From Neocallimastix sp. 'constans' (taxonomy: Eukaryota), in NCBI GenBank assembly GCA_050613775.1, contig JBODTK010000108.1, positions 1 through 64,000 of the forward strand: a stretch of DNA of 64,000 bases, written 5' to 3'. Shown here piece by piece: positions 14,296 through 26,496 of this stretch. The notes beneath the pieces are model-generated. The model ran no database searches, was not told the DNA's origin, and saw only the letters and a list, made by a program, of their open reading frames with translations. The position numbers and the translations under genes are program-made. The stretch's first letter is position 1. Every line of letters begins with the position of its first letter.

Positions 14296-15100
14296 AAAAA
14301 AATCAGATATGAACAATACTTTCCAAATGTTAGAAAATCTTGCAGAAAATTTGCCGGATGTTGATAAATTTGACTCCCTGTATAAAGCCCTTCCTGCCTC
14401 TTTAAGAATTACTACCAATATCATTGCTTATTAAGGAAAATCGGAACAGTGTACTACACACTTAAGATATATAAGATATAAACCAGATAATAATGGACGG
14501 TTAAAGGTTGTCAACTATGAATTAAAAAATTTGAGAGATTTAAAAGTATATATACGAAAAAGCTAATAAGGTTCCCAAGAATGCAAATATTATAACACCA
14601 CTAATGGGTATTTAAATATAAACATTGCTCAGAAAAAAATATCATAAAAAGAAAAGTATGATTAATTGCAAGAGAATTTAAAGAAAAGTTTGGTGAATAC
14701 TATAAAGAGACATTCTCACCTACCTTGAAACAAGATTTATTGATAATAATATCAGCAATTGCAGCAAAATAGAATTATGACATCTATCAAATGGATGTGA
14801 AAGCCACATACCTAAATACAAAACTAGAAGAGGACATCCACATGGCAGCTCCCGGAGGAGATAAAAACTATATGAATTGTTTCTGGAAATTAAAGAAAGG
14901 TTTATAAGGCTTAAAGCAAGCCAGAGGTATGAGGAACAACACTCGGAATGATGTACTAACTGGAATCTGAATTAAAAGGCTTAGAAGCGAACCATGTTTA
15001 TATGCAAAGTTTAATAAAAGAAGAGAAATTACTTGTATCCTAGCTGTTTATGTTGACGACATATTTATAACAGGAACTGAAGAAGAAATCACAAGAACAA
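13900..15100 (+). mobile_element. Ty1/copia LTR retrotransposon remnant (gag + reverse transcriptase, internally deleted)
   Basis: Gag-like KEKLEDLHFKREDNISMFISDMNNTFQMLENL...LYKALPASL. RT motifs QMDVKATYLN, WKLKKGL*GLKQA, SEPCLY and AVYVDDIFITG (YVDD at 15049-15060). Multiple stops. Confidence 0.9.
14230..14301 (+). mobile_element. Extremely 5'-truncated non-LTR retro-insertion (31 nt + poly(A)) with 17-bp TSD
   Basis: ATCAGATATGAAC(G/A)ATA at 14213-14229 and 14302-14318 flanks AAGTTTTGGAAGTGTATTCTCTTCCCTGTCT-(A)n. Removing the insert and one TSD copy restores the copia gag frame. Confidence 0.85.
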
Positions 15101-15860
15101 GTTTCTACATTAAATAATTTTTTGTTATTGTTTGGAAAACTACTACTATCATGTTTATCTTCAACGGATATAAAACCACAGTGGTATCCAAAAGACTTTT
15201 TCTTGGCAGCATATGGGACCAAACACATGTGATACTACTCTACGACTTAATCATAGGCACTAATAATATCCTCATGCCAATGATTGCACTAACATTACCT
15301 GAAACACCTATACTAATAACACCGAGTTTAGCAAGATTATAATCTACTTAAACTACTTTAGGTTGGAATATCATAATATCTATCAGCATTAACATTCCAT
15401 CCATCACCCCCAATAATCTACAACAGAAAGTGGATAATCAAGCAGCTTTTTCCAAGAAAGCTTTAGGTTTTAACAATCTTGCAATAGTATAATAAGCATC
15501 TTGTTGAATTTGTTTTGATTCTGCGCTTCTTTAAGTAGTGATATTATTACCAATAGATGTATATTGCTAATAATATAAAACTATTGGTATAAACAGTTAA
15601 TGTAGTATAAACAGCTAATGCCTCATAATATGTAGAACTACCACCAGCACTAATAAATGACTGAAATTAATATAATTTTTATATTATCAATTTTAAATTC
15701 ATCATACATTCTTGAATAAAATTGAAAAATTTCACTTTTCCTTAATAAGTCGTAAACATTCAATGCATAAACATCTATTTCAGTAGAATTAGTATTATGT
15801 TAACTTTATTCATACATTTAATGATAAAGACTTAGTAGTACTTAATTTATTATTCAAAAT
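15100..15860 (-). pseudogene. Probable endogenous CRESS-DNA (circular ssDNA) virus capsid gene remnant
   Basis: Minus-strand translation: VYALNVYDLLRKSEIFQFYSRMYDEFKIDNIKIIL (~15665-15772), then LAVYT, YTSIGNNITT*RSAESKQIQQDAYYTIARLLKPKAFLEKAA*LST (~15430-15565), and KKLFNVE (~15103). The motif order resembles jelly-roll capsids of gut-associated CRESS viruses. Recognised by eye; intronless, with stops and frameshifts. Confidence 0.62.
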
Positions 15861-16224
15861 TAAATGCTTACTATTACATTGTGGCTTATATTATGATATG
15901 TACTAATACAATAATTTCTATAAATATATAATTTCAATATAAGTTTAAAAAAAAAAGCATTTGTTTTTTAAAAATATTATATTCCAATGTTAATGATGCA
16001 TTATTAATTAATAAATAATAAATTTAATCACCTTGAATTTGATCATCATTTATAAAAAACTAAAAAAATTTAAAAAAATTTTGAACCTTATTTTTTTAAT
16101 TTAATTTATTTATTTGATTTGATAAATATTAAATTTAATTAAACTATAAAAAGATTAAAAAATATATATTAAATATAAGTAAATATAAGTAAATATATAA
16201 AAATATAGAAATAAACAAATATAT

Positions 16225-16531
<307 letters not shown>

Positions 16532-16567
16532 ACTTAATAATAAATAAATAAATATGTATTGTAATTT

Positions 16568-16600
<33 letters not shown>

Positions 16601-16995
16601 GGAAAAGATACGAAAAAAAAACATATACGAAAATAAAAAAAAATTTTTTTTTTTTTTTACTTATGAATAATCAGTTAACATTTTATTTTTTAATTAAATA
16701 TATATTTTTTTCTTTTTTAATAAAGAAAAGTTTAGGATAATAAAAAGTAACTTGAACAATTTAATATTATAAAAATAAAACTAAATTACACCATTATAGA
16801 TCATATATTAGAGATTAATGAATCAAATTTTTTTATAAAAAATATTTGATTTACTTTTTATTAATACTACTATTATATGTAATAAGAAGTAAAAAAAAAA
16901 AAAAAAAAATTAAATATATAATAGATAAAATAAAAATTTAAGAATTAGCTTTATCTACAATCATTATGCTTACTTTTCTTAAATATAACACAAAA

Positions 16996-17036
<41 letters not shown>

Positions 17037-19750
17037 TAAATATTTATAATATTAATTATTTAATAAAAAAAAAAAATAAAAAGGAAATTTGTAAATTTAT
17101 TATGAATAATAATTATTTATTATTTATTATTTATTAATAATTATTATATTTTAATTTTAAATAAAATAAATCATCCATTAAATTAAATAAAATATATATT
17201 ATATTTAATATATTACAATATATATAATTAATTATGATTAATACGTCCCATATACAATTTTTTTTTTTTTTTTGTATTTAAATTTTTTTTTAATATAATA
17301 TTTTAATTTTATTTATTTTCCTTTTTCAATTTCTTTTTCTTATATTTTTTTTCTTTTAATTTTTATTTTATCTATTTTATTATTATAAATATATTATTTT
17401 AGACTTTGTAATTAATCAACTATAAAGTAAAAATTATTATTATTATTTTAGAATAACAAAACTTACTGTTTAATAATAATAATATCAATAATCAATGAAA
17501 AATTAATAATATATTCTAATTATTTATTTTTTTTTTTTTTAAAAAAAAACTTGAAAATAGAATTTATTAATTTCTTAAAAAACTAATTGATGTACACATA
17601 TTATTTTTAAGAATTAATAATTATATTATGGTAAAGATTACAAAAATATATTTCTTAAAAAACTTTTTTTTTTTTTTTTTTTTAAAAAAAAATATAAATA
17701 TAATATTATTTTATATTGGAATAATTAAGAAATAAAAAATAAAAAAGAAGAAAAAAAAAAAACATAAATATATAAAGTAACAAAATAAAAAAAATATAAA
17801 TAGAAGATATTTCATAAATCCACATTAAAAAAAAAGAGAAAAATAATATATATATGAAATTATTATTTAACTGACTAATCATATATAATATCAACAAAGA
17901 ATTTTTGGAACGATGTATTTGATTATAACTCAAAGAAGCATGAAATATGAAATAGGATAGATATAAATCCAACAATTAAATTAATTTAATTTTTAACAAC
18001 TGATTTAACCTCAAAAATAAAAAGTATAAAGATGGATGCAGGATTAAAAATAGAAATATATATTACTTTTAGATTATATTGATATTTATTTATTTTTTTA
18101 ATATAATATTTCATATTATTATTTTTTTACAATAATTTTAAATCATTTATATATATATATATTTTATAAAATTTATTATCTTATTAACTTTTTTTTATTT
18201 TTAATTCTTTCTTTTTTTTTTTTCTTTTATTTTTATATTTAATTTTTAATATCTTCAATAAAAACTTTCTTCTTTCTTTACTTTTAAAACTTCAAAACTT
18301 TATAACCTTTATTTTTTTGAAACTTTCAATAATAATTACTTTTTAAATTAAAAAAAAAAAAAAAAGAAAATAATTTATTTAATAAATCAATATTAATTAA
18401 ATATATTAAGATTTTTTTTTTTTTTTTGATTTTTTTTTTTAGTAATTATTAATAGGGTAGGTATACTTTATTCAACACTTTTTATTTATTTGTTTAATTT
18501 TTTTTATTTCATATGTTACATTAGTAATAGATAATTTATTAAGATGGAATCTATATAATTGTTTTTTATTTTTTTTTTTACTCAATTTTATTATGGTGTT
18601 AGTTTTCTCTTACTATTATTTATATAGAAAAGAATAAGTTTTGTAATAATTTCTATATAAAAATTTGATAAATATTTTTTTTTTTTTTTTTTTTTTTTAT
18701 GTAAAGTTAAATGAAATAATATTGAAAATATTATAAAAGTAATATATAAGATATTTTGATCATGTCATTATACAATTCAATTATAATTAAATATCTAAAA
18801 TGATCAGTAGTAATAGATAAAAATTTTAAGAAATGTGAATATTAATAAAGATAAAGAGAGAATATTATTAAGAAAAAGTAAAAAATAAAGATATATTATT
18901 TTCGTAGTCTCAAATTAGTAATTTAATAATTTCTTATTCAGTTATTATATTCACTATAAAAGTTTAAGTAAAAAAAAAAAGGAATGAAAAGTATAAATTT
19001 TTCAAAATATGAAAATTATTAAATCAGTCAAAAATATAAATACTGGAATTTAAAAAAATATATATCTATTAATATATTAATATCAATGTAAAGTAAATAT
19101 AGCATATTATTTTTTAATTTATTTCAAATATTATTTTTAAAAAAAAACATTGGTTTATTTTTTAAAATTTAATTTATTTTTATTTTTTTTCTATTAAATA
19201 TTAATATATATATATATATTTTTTTTTAAAGTTTCAGTTTATTTATAAGTTACTACTACTTTTAAATAATAAAATAATATATATATTAAATATATTAAGT
19301 ATAAAATTTCAACAATACTTTTATCAAAATATCTAAATAAAAAGTTTTTTAATTATCATTTTAATAATTTTTATTGGAAAAATTTTAATATTTTTTATTA
19401 AATATTGTAGTATTTCAAGTTAATGAAAAATATAGTAATTAAAAAAAAAAAAAAAAAAGCAATAAATACCTATTTATTATTAATGTTATATTTAATATGT
19501 CATATTATTCTATGATTAATATTTATAATAAAAATATATTGGAAATTAAATATAATAAATTATACTAATTTTATTTTTTTATTTTATATATTAATATTTA
19601 TATATATATATAAATAGTTAAAATTATAAGAAAAATATATTGTTTATTATAACAGTTTAATATATTTACTCGTTGATTGAATGTGTTCTTTAAGTTATTG
19701 AACAATTTATACAACGAGATTAAAAAATATATAATTTTTTATTAAGCAAC

Positions 19751-21932
19751 ATGAAACGAAGTAGTGATTACTCTTCTCAAAGCCAAGATAATCATAAAAA
19801 ACAAAGATTTAACCAAAGTTCATTTTCTTCTTATTCCTCTAATAATAATTCAAACCTTGGTATGGGTTTTTCTCAAAGCGGTTCCAATCAAGAATATTAT
19901 TCTCAAGTTAGACAACAGTATATGAATAATCCAAGTCAATATAGTCAAAGCGGAGCATCTTCAGGCTCCTCTCAATATGGATCTATGTCTTATCAAAATT
20001 CTCAATATCCTTCAAATTATCAATCTCAGTATCAAAATGTTAATCAATACATGTCTGCCAATCAGTATCAGTCTTCCCAATATCAACAAGGTCAATATGG
20101 TCAATCTTCAATGATGATTAATCCATCCTACCGTACCATTTACGTTGGTAATCTTGCACCTGGTACTACTTATGAAGAACTTCTAAATCATATTCGTGGT
20201 GGTATTATTGATAATGTTAAAATTATTGAAGACAAGAATTGCGCATTTATTACATTTGTTGAAGCTTCAGCAGCTGCATCATTCCAACAAGATGCAAACT
20301 CTAAAAGAATTGTTGTTAAGGACAATGAGTTAAAGTTCAACTGGGGTAAACCATCTCAAATTTCTCCAAATATTTTAGTAGCAGTTAATAATCAAGCAAC
20401 TCGTACTGTTTATATTGGTAACATAGATGAAACAGTAACGGAATCCTTCCTTCAAGAAGAATTATCAAAATTCGGAATTGTTGAATCTATAAAAATTCTT
20501 CCAGAAAAACATATTGCTTTTGTTTATATGACAAGTGTTTCTGCTGCTATTAAGGCTGTTCAAACTTTACCAAATGATTCTAAATGGGCTAATCGTAGAG
20601 TCAATTACGGTAAGGATAGATGTGCTGTTCCAATTAAACCAAATCCAAATATGATGTATGGAAATGGTTATTCTCAATATGGTTCATTGAATTATCAAGC
20701 CTTAGGATTTGATATGTTTAATGGTCAAAATTCACAAATGTCACCAATAATGATTAACAGTAATCCAACAAATAATAGAACTATTTTCCTCGGTAATCTT
20801 CATCCAGAAACTACAGCTAAAGATATTTGTGATGTAAGTTATTTTAAATTTATTTATATATAGATAATTTTTTAAAAATCATTATTAATGGATAATAAGA
20901 AATAAAAATAAACCATAAAAATTAAATCAAACTTATTATTCATTTAATAAACTATTTTTAATAATTTATTTAATTAAATATATATATATTATTTTTATTC
21001 TTTATTTTTATTTATTATTTATATTTTTATTTATTTAATTTTTTTTTCTTATTTTTTTTTTTTTTAATTTTTTTTTTTTTTAAATAATTATTCATTATTA
21101 TATATTTAATTATTAAAATTGTCATAGGTTGTTCGTGGTGGTATTCTTCAAGATGTTAAATATAAACCAGATAAAGCTATTGCCTTTGTTACTTTCATTG
21201 ATCCAAATGCTGCAACTGCTTTCTATAATAGAGCACAAAGTGAAGGTTTAAGTATTAAAAAAAGAATGGTTAAGGTTGGTTGGGGTAAAATGTCAACTCA
21301 ACTTAATCAACAAGTTGCTAAAGCTGTTCAAAATAATGCTAGTCGTAATGTTTATTTAGGTAATATTAATGAAACCATTACAGAAGAGAAATTAAAACAA
21401 GATTTTTCAGAGTACGGTGAAGTTGAATTAATTAACATTGTTCCAGATAAGAATATTGCATTTGTTAACTTTACTGATATTTTATCTGCTGTTAAGGCTG
21501 TTGAAGGTATTCAAAATAAAGAAGATTATAAAACTTTCAAGGTTGGTTATGGTAAAGATCGTTGCGGTAATCCACCTCGTGAACGTTTCAAGAAAAATAA
21601 TGACAATAGAATGAGTAATGGTACTCCAACGAGTTCTAATGGAAATAATCAACAATCCATTAATGGTGATAATTCCAATACGAATAATCAAAGTAAGTTT
21701 TTATGAGAGAAAATAAAAATTAAATTAAATAAATAAAAGAAAAAATTATCATATTTTATTAGTTTACTTAAAAAAAATTATTAATAAATATATATATACT
21801 AAATTTTTTTTTAATTAAATAATATATATATATATAATTATTATAAATTCATTATCAATAAAAAAAAAAAAAAAAGATTATGATGGAATTGATGATAGTA
21901 ACTCTTCTAATGTACAAGAAGCCAATGAATAA
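19751..21932 (+). CDS. Four-RRM RNA-binding protein, S. cerevisiae Mrn1 / S. pombe Nrd1(Msa2) family; exons 19751-20833, 21128-21692, 21877-21932
   Basis: Q/S/Y-rich N-terminus. RRMs begin RTIYVGNL, RTVYIGNI, RTIFLGNL and RNVYLGNI, with family-typical WGK and YGKDRC endings. The GT-AG junctions are in frame. Confidence 0.88.
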
Positions 21933-22013
21933 ATTATGTTCCTTAGAATTTAAAGAAGAAGAAAAAGAAAAAAATAAAATAAAAATAAAAATTATTTATT
22001 TTAAATCTTCAAC

Positions 22014-22053
<40 letters not shown>

Positions 22054-22277
22054 AATAAAAGAAGAATCTATTTTAGATTATATAATATATTCAATATTCA
22101 ATATAATATAATATTCAATATAATTTAATTTAATTTAATATGAAATAAAATTAATATAATATTTTTTAATTATTTTTATAAATTTTTTTTTATTTTATTT
22201 TTTATTTTTTAATTTTTATTTTTATTAAATACTTTTTATTATATTATATTGAATTAAAAAAAGTCAATAGAATCATA

Positions 22278-22319
<42 letters not shown>

Positions 22320-22567
22320 AATTTTTTTTTTAATATATTTAAATAAAAAAAAATTGAATGTATTTAAAATAATTTTTTTTTTTCTTATCTATTTCTTATT
22401 TTTTATAAATAATTTTTAAATAAAAAAAAATTTTTTTTTATATATATATTAATATTTTTTAATAATATTATGATAAAAAAAGTTGATTATAATTATAATA
22501 AATAAGCATATTAAATAATAATTAAAAAAACAAAATAAAAACAAAAAAAAAAAAAAAGATAAATATA

Positions 22568-22602
<35 letters not shown>

Positions 22603-22679
22603 TATGTTATATGGACATATATGTGTGTATATGATTATTTAAAGTAGAATTTTTTTTTTTTGTATGATATTATGGGTAT

Positions 22680-22805
22680 GTAAAGTATTAACTGTATAGT
22701 TATATTTTACTGTAGATCTTAGTAATAAATGGTTCTAAATCCAATGATTCATTGAAACTTATTCCAAGATATGTATATTGATTAGTACTTGGTAAGATGA
22801 GTTCA
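22680..22805 (-). mobile_element. LINE ORF2 fragment
   Basis: The minus strand reads LPSTNQYTYLGISFNESLDLEP, homologous to YTYLGIPFDESLSLKP in the LINE at 27.9 kb. Confidence 0.7.
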
Positions 22806-22818
22806 TATCAAGCTTAAA

Positions 22819-23072
22819 GGTAAGATTTTTATACTATCTTGTAAAGTATAAAAACAAAGAATGAGAACTACACCGGCAAACAGACACACTAGTTAATACA
22901 GGATTATACAAAATTGAAGAATATTCCAAATGTGAATAGCCTCACATCCCTTCATATATATTTTATTATAAAAAATATATAATACAATAAATAAATAATA
23001 TATATAATATAATATATATAATATAATATATATTTATTGTGTTTCTAAAGATCTTAACATTCCTCCTCTTTC
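22819..23072 (-). mobile_element. Putative LTR preceded by a polypurine tract
   Basis: On the minus strand, AAAGAGGAGGAA is directly followed by TGTTAAGATCTTT (start 23059). The other end reads AAAATCTTACC (~22819), a degenerate inverted terminus. Confidence 0.45.
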
Positions 23073-23254
23073 AGTGAATTGTGCAATTGCTCAGGTAATA
23101 TGTTTTAAAAAAAAATGGAAAAATTCGAAATGGGTATTATCTCTGATTTACTTAGAGAGATATATCACATTGTAGACGTCATACATGTGATAAAGAAAGT
23201 AAAATTTTAGCAGATAAATTAAATAAATTTCCATCAAAAAAAAAAAAAAAATTG

Positions 23255-23465
23255 TAAACTTTTACTGGGATAGAGATACGGCAGGTAAATCAATCAAGGC
23301 CCAAGGATTATAAGAAAAATAAATTAATAAATTTAAAAAAAAACAGAGATTACCTTAATTTCAACTTCAAGCATCCTGTATTTAACATAAACTTCCAATG
23401 GACACTTCTTGTCAGATGTGGATATAAATTCGATGCTCGTGTTGCCAAAGCTGTCAAAATGAATT
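23255..23465 (+). mobile_element. LINE ORF2 C-terminal fragment
   Basis: FQWTLLVRCGYKFDARVAK is homologous to FFWISRIRCGFKFDISIT in the LINE at 27.2 kb. Confidence 0.7.
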
Positions 23466-23502
23466 ATTATATTCTATTTTATAATTTTTTAAAAGCATTT
23501 TT

Positions 23503-23537
<35 letters not shown>

Positions 23538-23698
23538 ACTAAACAATTAAATTTCTTTATTAGTTCTATTTTTATAAACTAATTTTATTAAATCATAAAT
23601 ATAATAAAGAAAAAACTTTAAAAATTTAATTAATGAATTAAATTAAGACCTAAAAAAATAAAGTGTGGGATTTTATAAATTAAAAAATAATCCTGTTA

Positions 23699-23740
<42 letters not shown>

Positions 23741-24359
23741 TTTATTTTATTTTTTTAGTTTTGTTTTAAAGTTTTTTTTTTTTAATTTAAGGTATAAAAT
23801 AGTATCATTTATCCATTCTTTTTTAGTCATATGAAACCACATCCATATTTTCTTTTAAAAAAAACATCTTTTAAGAGATATGAATAAAATAATTCATATC
23901 CATAGTCGTAAACTATTTTACAGTATCACCTTCTTTATTTTTGAGTACATTCCCTTTTTCTAAATTCAAAATAATAAATTTCTCACTATATCTATATAAT
24001 GAAATTAAATTTTTATTAAATTTTCAATAACAGTTTAATTGATGGATGAAATATCTCAAATAATCTTTTTTTTTTTTTTTTTTTTTAATTAAAATAATTA
24101 AAAATTAAAAATTTTCTCAAAAAATTTTCTAAAATAAAATTGAATTTATGATAATGAAAGAAAAATTTTTTATTATAATTAAAGTAATTTTTTTTTACTT
24201 GAAAAAGAAAAAAAAAAAAAAAAAATATTATATGAACATTTAGTATAGTATTAGAAAATATATATATATTTTATTATTAATTTTATTTTATTTACAATTA
24301 ATAATAATAAGAAAATAAAAATAAAATAAATAAATATAATTAAAATCAAGTAATTAAAT

Positions 24360-26216
24360 TTATTTTTTAAATTCTTCTATTGTACAAGTATGATGTTTGA
24401 ATTCTTCACTATTACTACTAATTTCTTTATTATAATTTATTCCTACCAATAATATATTTCCTTTATATTCTTTTAACTTTTGTGGATAATTTCGTTTTTT
24501 AATTTGGTCCATTGCTGTCTCAACATTTTTTTCATATTTTAATTCAATTATTAATGCTGGATATTTGGAGTAAAGATTGTAAGGTATATACGCTATATCA
24601 ATAAATCCTTTACCAGAATCAAGCTCTAAAAAAGAATTATAATATTTATCTGATACATAATATCCAAGTAAAATAGTATATTTTAAAGCGGATTCATTAT
24701 TATAGTCCATGTTACTTGTTTCATCATGAAATTCTTCAATTAATTCAGCAACTTTTTTAAAATCTTGGTTCCATGTTGCTTTTAAGAGTTCTTTAGACCT
24801 TTCTAATTTTTTAACAATTATATTCCAATTTTCTGAATCAGTAATAGTTATGAATTCTTTCAATACCTCTTTATTAGGTATAAATACTTCTTTTGTTTTA
24901 ATATCATAACCTAGGTAGCCTAAATGTATAAGCATTGTTAGAACATCATCCTTTTTTTTAAACGATGACATATCATTTTGATAAGATTCTATATCAATCT
25001 TTATTTTCTTTCCATTCCTTAACCTTATTATATCTTCTTTTAATCCAAATAAATCCATCTCAATGTATTCAGAAAGTGCATAAAAAGTTTCTGTTCTATT
25101 CCAATGATTTGAAATCTCTTTCATTTTAATTGATTTTACAATTGAAAATGGCGTATATACCCTATAAATTTTTTTCTTTATTTCATCATATAATTTATAA
25201 CCGTTATACCATTTTTTCATATTTTTAAAATTCACTTCATTTTCAATTTCATTAATTGATTTTTTATTATTTCTTCGTTTTTTTTGCATTTTTTGCTTTT
25301 GAATATTATTTAATTTATTATTACTATTTATTTTATTACATGTTAAAATATTTTTATGAGTTAGTTCTTCAGGTTGGAGAGTTTCTTTACAATTTATTAT
25401 TTCTTCTTTATTATTATATTCCTCATTTAGTTTCCGTTTCTTATATTTCCTTGTATGAGACTTATTTAATTTGTCATTTTCAACCTGTAGTTTTTTACAT
25501 AACGATTTAACTTCCTTTTGGGTAAAACCAATAAATTTTGTCATCCATGAAGAGGAAATCATTGTATACTCATCAAAACTCAGAGAAGATTGAATTCCAT
25601 ATTTTTTAATTGGTAAAATTCCTGTGATATAGGCTAGAGCTATATAATTTTTATCTTTGGTAGCTTTATTTATAAATTTTAAATATTCTTTTACTTCTTC
25701 ATTTCTTTTCTCTCTTACGATAATATCCCATTCATCAATAATTAATACAATTTTTTTATCAGTTAAATTACGTATTTCTTCGAATATACTAACAATATCG
25801 TTTTCATTTTTGAATTCTATTTCAGGTTTATTATTTTTAACTTCAGTTACTATTTTTTGCATAATTTCCTTAAGTCCATCTTCAACTGTATTCTTTGTAA
25901 AAAAATCTGTCATAGTTAATTTTATTACGTTCAATTTTCCTAAATATTTATCCCATTCATTGAATTTTGCAATTTCTTTATCATTAAAAATTTTTATTCT
26001 ATTTTTTTTCTTTCTTAAAAAACTGTAATATGCAGAAAGCATATTAGCATTAGTTGTTTTCCCAAAACGCCTTGGTCTTGAAACACATATAAATCTATCG
26101 GGTGAATTAATTACATTATTTAAATGGTATATTAATTCTGTTTTATCTACAAAAATTTTATTTTTTAAAAATATTTCAAAATCTTCAGAACCAGGATTAA
26201 ATATATAATTCACCAT
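24360..26216 (-). CDS. AAA-ATPase-like domain + C-terminal PD-(D/E)XK nuclease (bacterial-type), intronless, 618 aa
   Basis: FVDKT, Walker A RPRRFGKT, Walker B VLIIDEWD, AYITGILPI, WYNGY, LIHLGYL and IPNKEV are present. The nuclease motif is GKGFIDIAYIP...LIIELK...AMDQI. Confidence 0.92.
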   Translation of the reverse strand: MVNYIFNPGSEDFEIFLKNKIFVDKTELIYHLNNVINSPDRFICVSRPRRFGKTTNANMLSAYYSFLRKKKNRIKIFNDKEIAKFNEWDKYLGKLNVIKLTMTDFFTKNTVEDGLKEIMQKIVTEVKNNKPEIEFKNENDIVSIFEEIRNLTDKKIVLIIDEWDIIVREKRNEEVKEYLKFINKATKDKNYIALAYITGILPIKKYGIQSSLSFDEYTMISSSWMTKFIGFTQKEVKSLCKKLQVENDKLNKSHTRKYKKRKLNEEYNNKEEIINCKETLQPEELTHKNILTCNKINSNNKLNNIQKQKMQKKRRNNKKSINEIENEVNFKNMKKWYNGYKLYDEIKKKIYRVYTPFSIVKSIKMKEISNHWNRTETFYALSEYIEMDLFGLKEDIIRLRNGKKIKIDIESYQNDMSSFKKKDDVLTMLIHLGYLGYDIKTKEVFIPNKEVLKEFITITDSENWNIIVKKLERSKELLKATWNQDFKKVAELIEEFHDETSNMDYNNESALKYTILLGYYVSDKYYNSFLELDSGKGFIDIAYIPYNLYSKYPALIIELKYEKNVETAMDQIKKRNYPQKLKEYKGNILLVGINYNKEISSNSEEFKHHTCTIEEFKK

Positions 26217-26496
26217 CTAGTTACTGATTTCATATATACATTTTATTTTCTTCAATTATTTATAATCAATTATTTAATATAAAAATAAATAATTTTTTTT
26301 AAATATTTATATTTATTCTAAATTAATTTAATATTTTTTTTTAATAATACTTTAAAAGAAATTATAAAAAAAAAATTCATTTTTATAAATGAAAAAGTCA
26401 ACAAATACATTAAATTAATACATTACGTTACAATTACATAATTATATATGAATAAATGTGTAGCATTTTGCATGAGTGCATTTCGAAATATTGGCC

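Noticed and set aside
15151..15342. 63-aa plus-strand ORF
   Set aside because: It is better explained as the antisense of the capsid-like remnant.
23800..24060. Coding-like minus-strand stretch downstream of the AAA gene
   Set aside because: It is interrupted by stops and has no recognisable motif.
26475..26495. GTGCATTTCGAAATA resembling the MULE TIR, upstream of the AAA-nuclease gene
   Set aside because: The match is short, and no convincing partner inverted copy or TSD was found on the other side. It cannot support the gene lying inside a transposon.
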